37,906 bases of DNA, from UHGV virus genome UHGV-0206542; one strand, 5' to 3'. The notes under the pieces were generated by a model. The model did no database searches. It was not told where the DNA came from and worked only from the letters and a program-made list of their open reading frames with translations. The DNA is from a virus. Position numbers and translations under genes: made by a program. Shown in pieces: positions 9,974 through 18,067 of the stretch; the stretch's first letter is position 1; every line of letters starts with the position of its first letter.

Positions 9974-9997
9974 GCCCGGTTATCCGGGCTTTTCTGT
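9974..9997 (+). terminator. rho-independent (partial) terminator
   Basis: gcccggttatccgggc hairpin plus ttttctgtt. Confidence 0.6.
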
Positions 9998-10009
9998 TCA
10001 GGAGCTGAA

Positions 10010-10363
10010 ATGCAACTTACTCTCGATACGTTAAAAGAAACCGGTGCCTTTACCGGGCGTCCCGTGGAAAAAGAAATTAAGTGGAAAGGCCGTGACGGGA
10101 AAGAGCATATCGCAACCGTCTATGTGCGCCCGATGGGCTACCACACCACTAAAGCTGAACTGCTGGCGTATAACGGGAAATCGGACCCGATTGCTGAGCG
10201 CATTGCGGCGCATATTTGCGATCAGCACGGCGCCCCAGTGTTTACCGCGGCTGACATTCTTGGGACTGCTACCCCAGATCGTGGGGCGCTGGACGGTCCG
10301 ATTGTTATGGCCCTCCTGGCTGCAATTCATGATGTAAACGAACTGGGAAAGACTACGAGCTAA
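10010..10363 (+). CDS. tail assembly chaperone (gpG-like)
   Basis: 117 aa, directly upstream of the tape measure. Contains an in-frame G GGA AAG slippery heptamer near its 3' end. Confidence 0.8.
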   Translation: MQLTLDTLKETGAFTGRPVEKEIKWKGRDGKEHIATVYVRPMGYHTTKAELLAYNGKSDPIAERIAAHICDQHGAPVFTAADILGTATPDRGALDGPIVMALLAAIHDVNELGKTTS

Positions 10364-10659
10364 CCGGCGAGGATGAATTCTGGTGCGAACTGGTGATGAA
10401 CGGCATCGGCGGCCGCACCATCGCAGAGGCTCAGGAGCGGATGAGTCGCAGGGAATTTCTGGTTTGGCTCAAGTACCGTGAGAAGTACGGACCGCTCAAT
10501 ATCATGATGCGTACCGAGTGGGGGGCTTCGCTGGTGGCTTCTGTCCTGGCTAACATCAATAAGGCAAAAAACACGCCGCCGTTCAAGGTAAGTGACTTTG
10601 CACCGCACATCAACGAAGCGCCATTATCTCTGGAAGAAGCTATGAAAAGTTGGCATTGA
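10010..10659 (+). CDS. tail assembly chaperone -1 frameshift fusion product (gpGT-like)
   Basis: Slippery heptamer GGGAAAG at 10345-10351 with GGA and AAG as in-frame codons. The -1 frame is open from 10351 to the stop at 10659, joining the 10393 ORF. Confidence 0.6.
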
Positions 10660-10715
10660 TATCATTTATTTGGTTATATTCTCTCTGGGATGATTATATT
10701 GATACCGAGGGGATT

Positions 10716-11087
10716 ATGATAAAGAAAGCAGCTGTTGTTTTTACTGTAATGCTTTTAGGTGGCTGCGTTAGTGCGCCAGATAAGGCGGAGCTAAGCCGCG
10801 CCGATTATGGGAAGTTACCTGATAATTATCAGGAAATAATTAAAAATAGTATGTCGGCGCGCCTTAAGGACCCTTATTCTGCACGATATGATTTCAATGA
10901 ACCTTTCAAAGGCTGGTGCAAATCAGGGTTTACAACTTATTACGGATGGTTAGTTCCTTTTACTCTTAACGCTAAAAACAGTTATGGCGGTTATGTTGGT
11001 AATAAGTCTTATCTGTATCTTGTTAATCAAAATAGCGCCACTGACTATACCGCATCCTTCCAAGTCGGTGGGTGCGGTAAAAGTTAA
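10716..11087 (+). CDS. lipoprotein (moron inside tail module)
   Basis: MIKKAAVVFTVMLLGGC signal peptide with lipobox L-L-G-G-C. AT-rich relative to flanks. Own RBS gagggg. Terminator downstream. Confidence 0.6.
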   Translation: MIKKAAVVFTVMLLGGCVSAPDKAELSRADYGKLPDNYQEIIKNSMSARLKDPYSARYDFNEPFKGWCKSGFTTYYGWLVPFTLNAKNSYGGYVGNKSYLYLVNQNSATDYTASFQVGGCGKS

Positions 11088-11108
11088 ATTAGCCAAATCA
11101 TAAAATAA

Positions 11109-11132
11109 ACCTCGCTCCTGCGGGGTTTTTTA
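11109..11132 (+). terminator. rho-independent terminator
   Basis: cctcgctcctgcgggg hairpin followed by ttttttatt. Confidence 0.55.
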
Positions 11133-11150
11133 TTGCCTGGAGAAAATTCA

Positions 11151-13586
11151 ATGGCTGGCAAGTCCCTTGGTACGTTAACAATCGACCTGATCGCAAAAGT
11201 GGGTGGATTTGTTCAGGGTATGGACAAAGCCGAAAGATCTTCTCAAAAGTGGCGTGACCAAGTAAAAAAGGATGCTAAAGAGGTTAGTTCTTCAATCATT
11301 GCTGTGGGTGCTGCGGCGGCTACAGCAGCTGTTGGCATTGGTGCTGCTGGGTTAGCCATAGTTAAAAATACTGCACAGCAGGTTACAGAAGCTGATCGCT
11401 GGGCAAAATCTCTTAAAATGTCCACCCAGGATTTGTTATCCTGGCAATACGCTGCTGAACAAGCCGGTTTAACCGGTGACAACATAGCCGATATTTTCAA
11501 AGACATTAATGATAAGGTCGGTGATGCGGTCCTGAATAAATCAGGTGAGGCAGCTCAGGCGCTGGATACTTTGGGGCTTTCAGCTCAGAAGCTGGCTCAG
11601 CAATCCCCAGACAAGCAGCTGATGGCAATCAGTGAAGCATTACAGAAAATCCCCACTCAGGCCGGGAAAACAAATATTCTCGAAAGCCTGGGTAATGACC
11701 TGTCAAAAATGCTGCCGTTGTTCGACAACAACAACGAGAAGCTGAAACAGTTTATCCAGCTATCAAAAGATTTTGGTGTCGCACCACCGCAAGAAGATAT
11801 TGATAACCTTGTTAAGGTTAATCAGTTCTTTCAGGATATAGAGACTAGCGCCCGCGGTCTTAAAATGGAAATTGCTTCGGGGCTGGCTAAGGTTGACCTT
11901 ACACCATTGCAGGATGGGCTTGATGACATTCGTGACGTCTTCACCGATCCTGCTGTTCTTCAGGGGCTATCAGACCTGGTTGGTGAAGCCATAAGCCTTG
12001 CCGGGGTTGTGGGGCGTATTGCTGGTGGCCTGGGGGCCATTGCAACTTATACCCGCTCTCGTATCGGTGCTGTATCTGGTAATTATAACGCTGCTGATGA
12101 AAGTGATATTGCACAGCGCATTGAATTCCTTAACAAACGAGGGAATCAAAGTAAGGAACAAAAAGACGAATTAGAATTTTTAACTAAACGTCTTCAATTT
12201 CTTCGCGCGATAAAGTCAAGCATGACTCCGGAACAGGTAGATAGAGGAGCGAAAGGGCTTACCTCTCTACTTTCGGATCTTGGAATTGAGACTTCTAAAG
12301 ATAATGATTTTTCGTTGGGCAAAGGGGAGTCTAACCAGAATCAGCCAAAGACAAAACCAAAAAGCAATCCTTCTGACAATGCTTTCAAAAATAGACTGCT
12401 TGATTTACAAAAGCAAGCTGCCCTAATTGAAACGACTGGTAAAAAAACAGCCGAAGTTACCGAGCTTGAAAAGATAAACTTCGATATTTCCAGTGGGAAT
12501 CTTAAAAAATTAACAGAAGCACAAAAAGAGCAATTGAGAGATGCAGCGAAAGTTCTCGATTCCAAAAAAGAAGAGCTTCGGATAAATAAAGAAAATGCAA
12601 AGTTAGCTGAATTTGCATCTAATCTTGAACGCCAAAACAAGTTAATTAGACAGGGGCATGAAAGTGAGTTTGTTGGTCGTTATTCAGCCTCAAGAGAAAG
12701 AGGCAGGGCGCAAGAGTTAAATAGCATTCAGTTAGACTTTGAATCACAAAAAGAGGATTTATTAAAGCAATATCAATCTGGTGATATAACCAAGAGTTTG
12801 TATGATTCTGAAACATCAGCTTTGCAGGATGCTCTAAATCAAAGGCTTGAAATTCAGAAGGATTACTATAAGCAGCAGGATGAGATGCGTGGTGATTATA
12901 ACGCTGGGTTTATATCTGGGTTTACTGAACAAGCAACTGCTGCAATGGATTTGTATTCCACCATGCAACAGGTTGGTGCGCAAACATTTAGCAGCATGAC
13001 CGATATGATCGTTCAATGGGCCGAAACAGGTAAATTAAATGCCCAGGATTTTGCAGCAACGTTTATTCAATCTGTAGGAACTGCGCTATTGCAATATGCA
13101 GCAGCGCAAGTTGCCATGGCTGCATTGAATGCTTTCACCCAATGGATAGGGGTTCCTTATGTTGGTCCTGCTGTTGCACCTGCACAAGCAATAGCTGCGG
13201 CAGCTGCTGCTGGCGTGTTCATGACTGCTATCGGATCGGCGCTTCATGGACAGGCTCACGACGGTATCGACTCTGTGCCCGAAACAGGAACCTGGCTCCT
13301 GCAGAAAGGTGAGCGCGTTACGACAGCTAAAACCAGCGCAAAACTGGATGCTACTCTGGATCGAGTTGCAAACCAGTCAACAGGCGGCGGCGCGATTTAT
13401 TCGCCCACAATCAATATCCCCATCAATGGTAACCCTTCCGATGCAACTTTGGCGCTGGTCCGTAAGGCTGCAGATGAGGGGGCAGAAAGGGGATACCAGA
13501 AGGCGGTTAATTCAGTCGCAAGCGGTCAGGGTGATTTGCATAAGGCCTTGATGGGGAAAACTACCTCGGGGAGGAAAATTAGCTAA
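11151..13586 (+). CDS. tail tape measure protein
   Basis: ~811 aa. N-terminal hydrophobic and Ala-rich segments. Long coiled-coil middle (AT-rich 12.1-12.9 kb). Position after the G/GT chaperone. Confidence 0.9.
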   Translation: MAGKSLGTLTIDLIAKVGGFVQGMDKAERSSQKWRDQVKKDAKEVSSSIIAVGAAAATAAVGIGAAGLAIVKNTAQQVTEADRWAKSLKMSTQDLLSWQYAAEQAGLTGDNIADIFKDINDKVGDAVLNKSGEAAQALDTLGLSAQKLAQQSPDKQLMAISEALQKIPTQAGKTNILESLGNDLSKMLPLFDNNNEKLKQFIQLSKDFGVAPPQEDIDNLVKVNQFFQDIETSARGLKMEIASGLAKVDLTPLQDGLDDIRDVFTDPAVLQGLSDLVGEAISLAGVVGRIAGGLGAIATYTRSRIGAVSGNYNAADESDIAQRIEFLNKRGNQSKEQKDELEFLTKRLQFLRAIKSSMTPEQVDRGAKGLTSLLSDLGIETSKDNDFSLGKGESNQNQPKTKPKSNPSDNAFKNRLLDLQKQAALIETTGKKTAEVTELEKINFDISSGNLKKLTEAQKEQLRDAAKVLDSKKEELRINKENAKLAEFASNLERQNKLIRQGHESEFVGRYSASRERGRAQELNSIQLDFESQKEDLLKQYQSGDITKSLYDSETSALQDALNQRLEIQKDYYKQQDEMRGDYNAGFISGFTEQATAAMDLYSTMQQVGAQTFSSMTDMIVQWAETGKLNAQDFAATFIQSVGTALLQYAAAQVAMAALNAFTQWIGVPYVGPAVAPAQAIAAAAAAGVFMTAIGSALHGQAHDGIDSVPETGTWLLQKGERVTTAKTSAKLDATLDRVANQSTGGGAIYSPTINIPINGNPSDATLALVRKAADEGAERGYQKAVNSVASGQGDLHKALMGKTTSGRKIS

Positions 13587-14065
13587 TGGCTATCACCACA
13601 ACGCTTTATTACCCCTCCGCTTACCTGCCTGGACCGCTTAAAGAGAGTTTTGGTTTAACTCCTGTATCTCCTCTGAAACGGACTCAGATGGTAACTGGCC
13701 GGGCACGGCAGCGGCGTGCTTACACCTCGACACCAACCCAAACAGATCTGGCCTGGATTTTTTCTGACGCCCAGGCGCAGGCCTTTGAGGCGTGGTTTCG
13801 GGATGAGTTATCAGATGGGGCTGCGTGGTTCAACATACCGTTATTAACGCCTGTAGGGCTGAAAAATTACGTGTGTCGTTTCACGGATATTTATAAAGGC
13901 CCCACGCCAGAAGGCGGATTTTACTGGAGATATACCGCGCCAGTAGAACTCTGGGAGCGCCCATTGCCGCCGTCTGGATGGGGGCATTACCCGGAATGGA
14001 TCGTCGGCAGCTCACTGCTGGATATTGCGCTGAATAAGGAGTGGCCGAAGCATGACTCAGATTAA
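13586..14065 (+). CDS. minor tail protein
   Basis: 159 aa. taATG overlap with the tape-measure stop. Confidence 0.55.
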   Translation: MAITTTLYYPSAYLPGPLKESFGLTPVSPLKRTQMVTGRARQRRAYTSTPTQTDLAWIFSDAQAQAFEAWFRDELSDGAAWFNIPLLTPVGLKNYVCRFTDIYKGPTPEGGFYWRYTAPVELWERPLPPSGWGHYPEWIVGSSLLDIALNKEWPKHDSD

Positions 14066-14534
14066 ACGCCTCTACGCCAGCAGCGGGCCGGAGGTGATCA
14101 TTGAGACGCTGCAGATCACCATTGGTTCTGACGTCCATTATCTGTGCCAGGGCTACGAGGGTATTACGGCAACGACGGAGAACGGCGATACCGTAACGTT
14201 TACCGCCTGTGCGATAGACATTGCTCTGCCGGCACGCAATGCGGACGGCACGCAGGACCTCAAATTTGCCCTGTGCAATATCGATGGTGTTGTGTCCACG
14301 GCGATCCGCTATGCGCTGGCTAACCGTCTGTCTGCATTGCTGACGTACCGGCGTTATATCTCCACGGATTTAGCTTCCCCTGCGGAAGTGCCGTATACGC
14401 TGAAAATCAAGTCGGGCTCCTGGACGGCGACAGAGGTGCAGATCACTGCGGGCTACATGAATATCCTCGATACCGCCTGGCCGCGATACCGCTACACGCT
14501 CCCTGTATTCCCCGGACTGCGTTATATCAGCTAA
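14052..14534 (+). CDS. minor tail protein
   Basis: 160 aa. Overlapping start, in the tail tip assembly block. Confidence 0.55.
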   Translation: MTQIKRLYASSGPEVIIETLQITIGSDVHYLCQGYEGITATTENGDTVTFTACAIDIALPARNADGTQDLKFALCNIDGVVSTAIRYALANRLSALLTYRRYISTDLASPAEVPYTLKIKSGSWTATEVQITAGYMNILDTAWPRYRYTLPVFPGLRYIS

Positions 14535-14543
14535 GGAATCCCA

Positions 14544-14924
14544 ATGTTCAACCCTGATAAATACCGTTCAGTCACCTGGCTGAAGGGCGGGCGCGTATAC
14601 CCGCAACTCGACTGTTTCGGCATTGTGAACGAGATACGCCGCGACCTGAATTTACCCGTCTGGCCCGATTTTGCAGGGGTCACCAAAGACGACGGCGGCC
14701 TCGACCGGGAAGCGCGCAGGATGATGCTTACCCTTGAGCGCTGCGAACCCTGCGAAGGGGCCGGGGTGGCCTGTTATTCCGGGTCGACTGTCACCCACGT
14801 AGGGATCGTGGTCAGTATCGATGGTCTGCTGCATGTGGCGGAATGCAATCCGGGAACGAACGTCACCTTTCTGCCGTTGCCGCGGTTTAAGCGGCGATTT
14901 GTCAAAGTGGAGTTCTGGCAATGA
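14544..14924 (+). CDS. tail protein with NlpC/P60-like (gpK-like) Cys-His fold
   Basis: 126 aa. Cys...His pattern (LDCFGIV...THVGIVV...HVAECNPG) is reminiscent of lambda gpK / NlpC-P60 tail tip proteins. Confidence 0.55.
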   Translation: MFNPDKYRSVTWLKGGRVYPQLDCFGIVNEIRRDLNLPVWPDFAGVTKDDGGLDREARRMMLTLERCEPCEGAGVACYSGSTVTHVGIVVSIDGLLHVAECNPGTNVTFLPLPRFKRRFVKVEFWQ

Positions 14925-17900
14925 CCATTCGTTTTTACCCGTCCCGGCTTCCCGGTGAACCACTCGAAACGCATGAGCATGGTGTAACCAGTATTCGCAG
15001 CTGGCTGGTGGCAAATGTTGAAGGCTACGAGGATCGGGATGTCCCACCGCTGACCGTTGAGGTTGAGGGGCTGTTAATTCCGCCAGGCGAGTGGGCTAAG
15101 TGTGTGATTCGCCCTGATAGTGATGTCAGGCTTTATCCGGTTCCCTTCGGGCTGGAGGCAGCCACAATCGCGTGGATCGGCGTCGGTATCTCCGTTGCCG
15201 CTGCAGCCTATTCGCTGTTTATGATGAGCAACATCGATACGGGAGGCTATACCTCATCCACAGGGCGGAGTCTCGACCTGAACCCGGCAAAGGCGAATAC
15301 CGCAAAACTCGGTGATGCCATTCGTGAGGTTTTTGGCCGGGTGCGTATCTACCCTGATTATGTGGTGCAGCCGGTTACCCGGTTTGATGCCGCCGATCCT
15401 ACGAAAATGCGCGTCCAGATGCTGCTGTGTCTCGGCGTCGGTGATCTGATTTATACCAATGGCGATATCAGGGTTGGCAGTACGCCAGCTTCAACGCTAC
15501 CGGGATTCAGCAGCACCCATTACCCGCCAGGCGCGGACGTTTCCGGTGATGAGCGCAGCGAAAACTGGGTCAACTCCACCGAAGTGGGCGGGACGTCATC
15601 CGGCACCGGGCTGGATATGGCCCAGACGTCGCCGGACGCAGACGACATTATCGCAGACAGCATGACCGTATCCGGTTCGAGCGTAACGTTTACCGGGCTG
15701 GACACGGATGATGATGACGATAATGACGAGAACGATAACGCGCTGCCGCCCAGCTGGGTCGCCGGCGCTGTGGTCGAACTGAAAGCCCCGGCTAACTACC
15801 AGATCACTTCGGCGGCCGGATACAGCGTTATCGCAAGCCCGCTGCTGACGGAGATCGCGCCGGTAGTAGGTATGCCGGTGACGCTGGGGTTTAACTCTGT
15901 CGATTACGATCTGTTTATCGCGTCATATACCCCCGGTCAGGCTGCAGTGCCTGGCACCGGGGGGAGTGCGGCAAAACTCCAGGCCAGTGCGGCCCCGACC
16001 ACCTACGATTTTTCGACCAGCTCCAGCACGTTCACGATCACCTGGCAGGGGGTTACCTACCCGGTGTCGCTGGTTGCTAACTACGTCTCGATGTCGGGAC
16101 TGCTGGCGGCCATCACCGAGGGACTCACTGGCTCCGGCCTGGTTGCGCAGGACAACGGCGGCACCGTACTGATAACCGAGTCGGCCAGTCCGTTCGCGGG
16201 TGGGACGATCACGTCCTCTTCACTGCCTGCAGCTGTTTTCGGTGATGCCCCGGTTTACACCTCCGGCACGGCATCAACCGGCGGCAGCCCGGCGGTAACG
16301 GCGAATGTGACACTCGCCTATAACTCTGCCACGGGCACCGCATTCTCCGGGATGCCGGAGGGGGTGCAACGGCTTTCACTTGCTCACCGCGGGAATGAGT
16401 ACCGCATTGTCTCAGCTGACGGCACGACGGCGACGGTGGCGCGCCTGGTTTCCGGTGCCGTTGATGAGTCATGGCCGGGATTCACCGCCCGGACGATGAT
16501 CGACTATGATGCCACTGGTCTTAACGACACGCTGGGCTGGCTGGGGCCTTTCCTCGTATGCCCTGAGAATGAAGTGGTGGATGCATTCGAGGTGAATTTC
16601 TCCTTCCCGAACGGCATCTGTGGCTTTGACAGTAAGGGCAAAAAACGGATCCGCCACGTTGAGTGGGAGATTCAGTATCGCGTCTACGGTTCCGGATCGG
16701 GGTGGGTGAGTCACCAGGGAGTGTATGCGCTTAAAAACGTCAACGGGCTGGGATTCACTGAGCGGATCACTCTCAGCTCTCCGGGGCTGGTAGAAGTTCG
16801 CTGCCGTCGGCGCAATGAGCAGGGCTCAAACAACGCGCGAGACAGTATGTACTGGCAGGCGCTGCGCGGGCGACTGCTGACGCGCCCTTCATCCTATCCC
16901 GGCGTGTCGCTGATGGCGGTGACCGTTGAGACGGGCGGGAAGCTGGCGGCGCAGTCGGACCGCCGCGTAAACGTTGTGGCCACGCGGGCCTACGACTCAG
17001 GAACGGCCAGAACCATTTCGGGAGCGCTGCTGCATGTCGCGAACTCTCTTGGGCTGGAAATGGATGTCGACACCATCAACGCGCTGGAATCCGCGTACTG
17101 GACGCCACGGGGCGAAAATTTCGATTTCGCCACGGGCGACAGTATCTCGGCGCTGGAAATGCTGCAGAAGATTGCCAATGCCGGGAAGTCACGTTTTCTG
17201 CTGAGTGATGGCCTGGCGACGGTCAACCGCGAGGGGATTAAGCCATGGACCGGTGTGATCACTCCGCATGAGATGGTGGAGGAGCTGCAGAGCGGATTTA
17301 CCGTGCCCTCAGATGATGATTTTGATGGCGTCGACGTGACGTACATCAACGGGACTACCTGGGCGGAGGAGACCGTTAAATGCCGGACGCCAGACAATCC
17401 CACGCCGGTGAAAATCGAAAACTACAAACTCGATGGGGTACTGAATCAGGATCACGCCTACCAGATCGGGATGCGCCGCCTGATGAAATACCTGCAGCAG
17501 CGGGTGACGTTCCAGACCACTACCGAGCTGGACGCGCTGTGCTACAACACGGGCGATCGCATTGTGCTCACGGATGATATTCCGGGTAACAACACGATTT
17601 CCTGTCTGGTGGAGGCGATGACAACGGCGGGTGGCGTGACAACGTTCACCGTCACGGAGCCGCTGGACTGGTCTTTCGAAAATCCCCGAGCGCTGATCCG
17701 CTATCAGGATGGCTCTGCATCCGGGCTGATGGTGGTGAGCAGGGTGGGTGATTTTCAGCTGTCAGTCCCGCACCTGAGCGAGTTTGATGACCCGATGAAG
17801 GTTGACCTGTCGTCGGCAACCATCGAGCCGATCCGCCTGGTGTTCTGCGGCTCAACGCGCCACGTCTACGACGCCATTGTAGAGGAGATCGCCCCGCAGT

Positions 17901-17989
17901 CTGACGGAACATGCCAGGTCACCGCTAAAGAATACCTCGAATCATTCTATGCCTACGACGACGCTACATACCCCGGCGACGTCGCGTAA
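14921..17989 (+). CDS. tail tip / host-specificity protein (gpJ-like central fibre)
   Basis: 1022 aa, last big gene of the tail tip block. Internal hydrophobic segment and poly-acidic DDDDDNDEND linker. Confidence 0.7.
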   Translation: MTIRFYPSRLPGEPLETHEHGVTSIRSWLVANVEGYEDRDVPPLTVEVEGLLIPPGEWAKCVIRPDSDVRLYPVPFGLEAATIAWIGVGISVAAAAYSLFMMSNIDTGGYTSSTGRSLDLNPAKANTAKLGDAIREVFGRVRIYPDYVVQPVTRFDAADPTKMRVQMLLCLGVGDLIYTNGDIRVGSTPASTLPGFSSTHYPPGADVSGDERSENWVNSTEVGGTSSGTGLDMAQTSPDADDIIADSMTVSGSSVTFTGLDTDDDDDNDENDNALPPSWVAGAVVELKAPANYQITSAAGYSVIASPLLTEIAPVVGMPVTLGFNSVDYDLFIASYTPGQAAVPGTGGSAAKLQASAAPTTYDFSTSSSTFTITWQGVTYPVSLVANYVSMSGLLAAITEGLTGSGLVAQDNGGTVLITESASPFAGGTITSSSLPAAVFGDAPVYTSGTASTGGSPAVTANVTLAYNSATGTAFSGMPEGVQRLSLAHRGNEYRIVSADGTTATVARLVSGAVDESWPGFTARTMIDYDATGLNDTLGWLGPFLVCPENEVVDAFEVNFSFPNGICGFDSKGKKRIRHVEWEIQYRVYGSGSGWVSHQGVYALKNVNGLGFTERITLSSPGLVEVRCRRRNEQGSNNARDSMYWQALRGRLLTRPSSYPGVSLMAVTVETGGKLAAQSDRRVNVVATRAYDSGTARTISGALLHVANSLGLEMDVDTINALESAYWTPRGENFDFATGDSISALEMLQKIANAGKSRFLLSDGLATVNREGIKPWTGVITPHEMVEELQSGFTVPSDDDFDGVDVTYINGTTWAEETVKCRTPDNPTPVKIENYKLDGVLNQDHAYQIGMRRLMKYLQQRVTFQTTTELDALCYNTGDRIVLTDDIPGNNTISCLVEAMTTAGGVTTFTVTEPLDWSFENPRALIRYQDGSASGLMVVSRVGDFQLSVPHLSEFDDPMKVDLSSATIEPIRLVFCGSTRHVYDAIVEEIAPQSDGTCQVTAKEYLESFYAYDDATYPGDVA

Positions 17990-18067
17990 TACCCCATAAC
18001 AACCCCTTATTAACTCTTTTCGCACAAACCCTCGTTTGCGCGAACGCTATTTATTGGAGCAAAAAAT

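Noticed and set aside
13246-13551. 101-aa ORF in an alternate frame inside the tape measure gene
   Set aside because: Embedded in a much longer, well-supported CDS. No independent signals.
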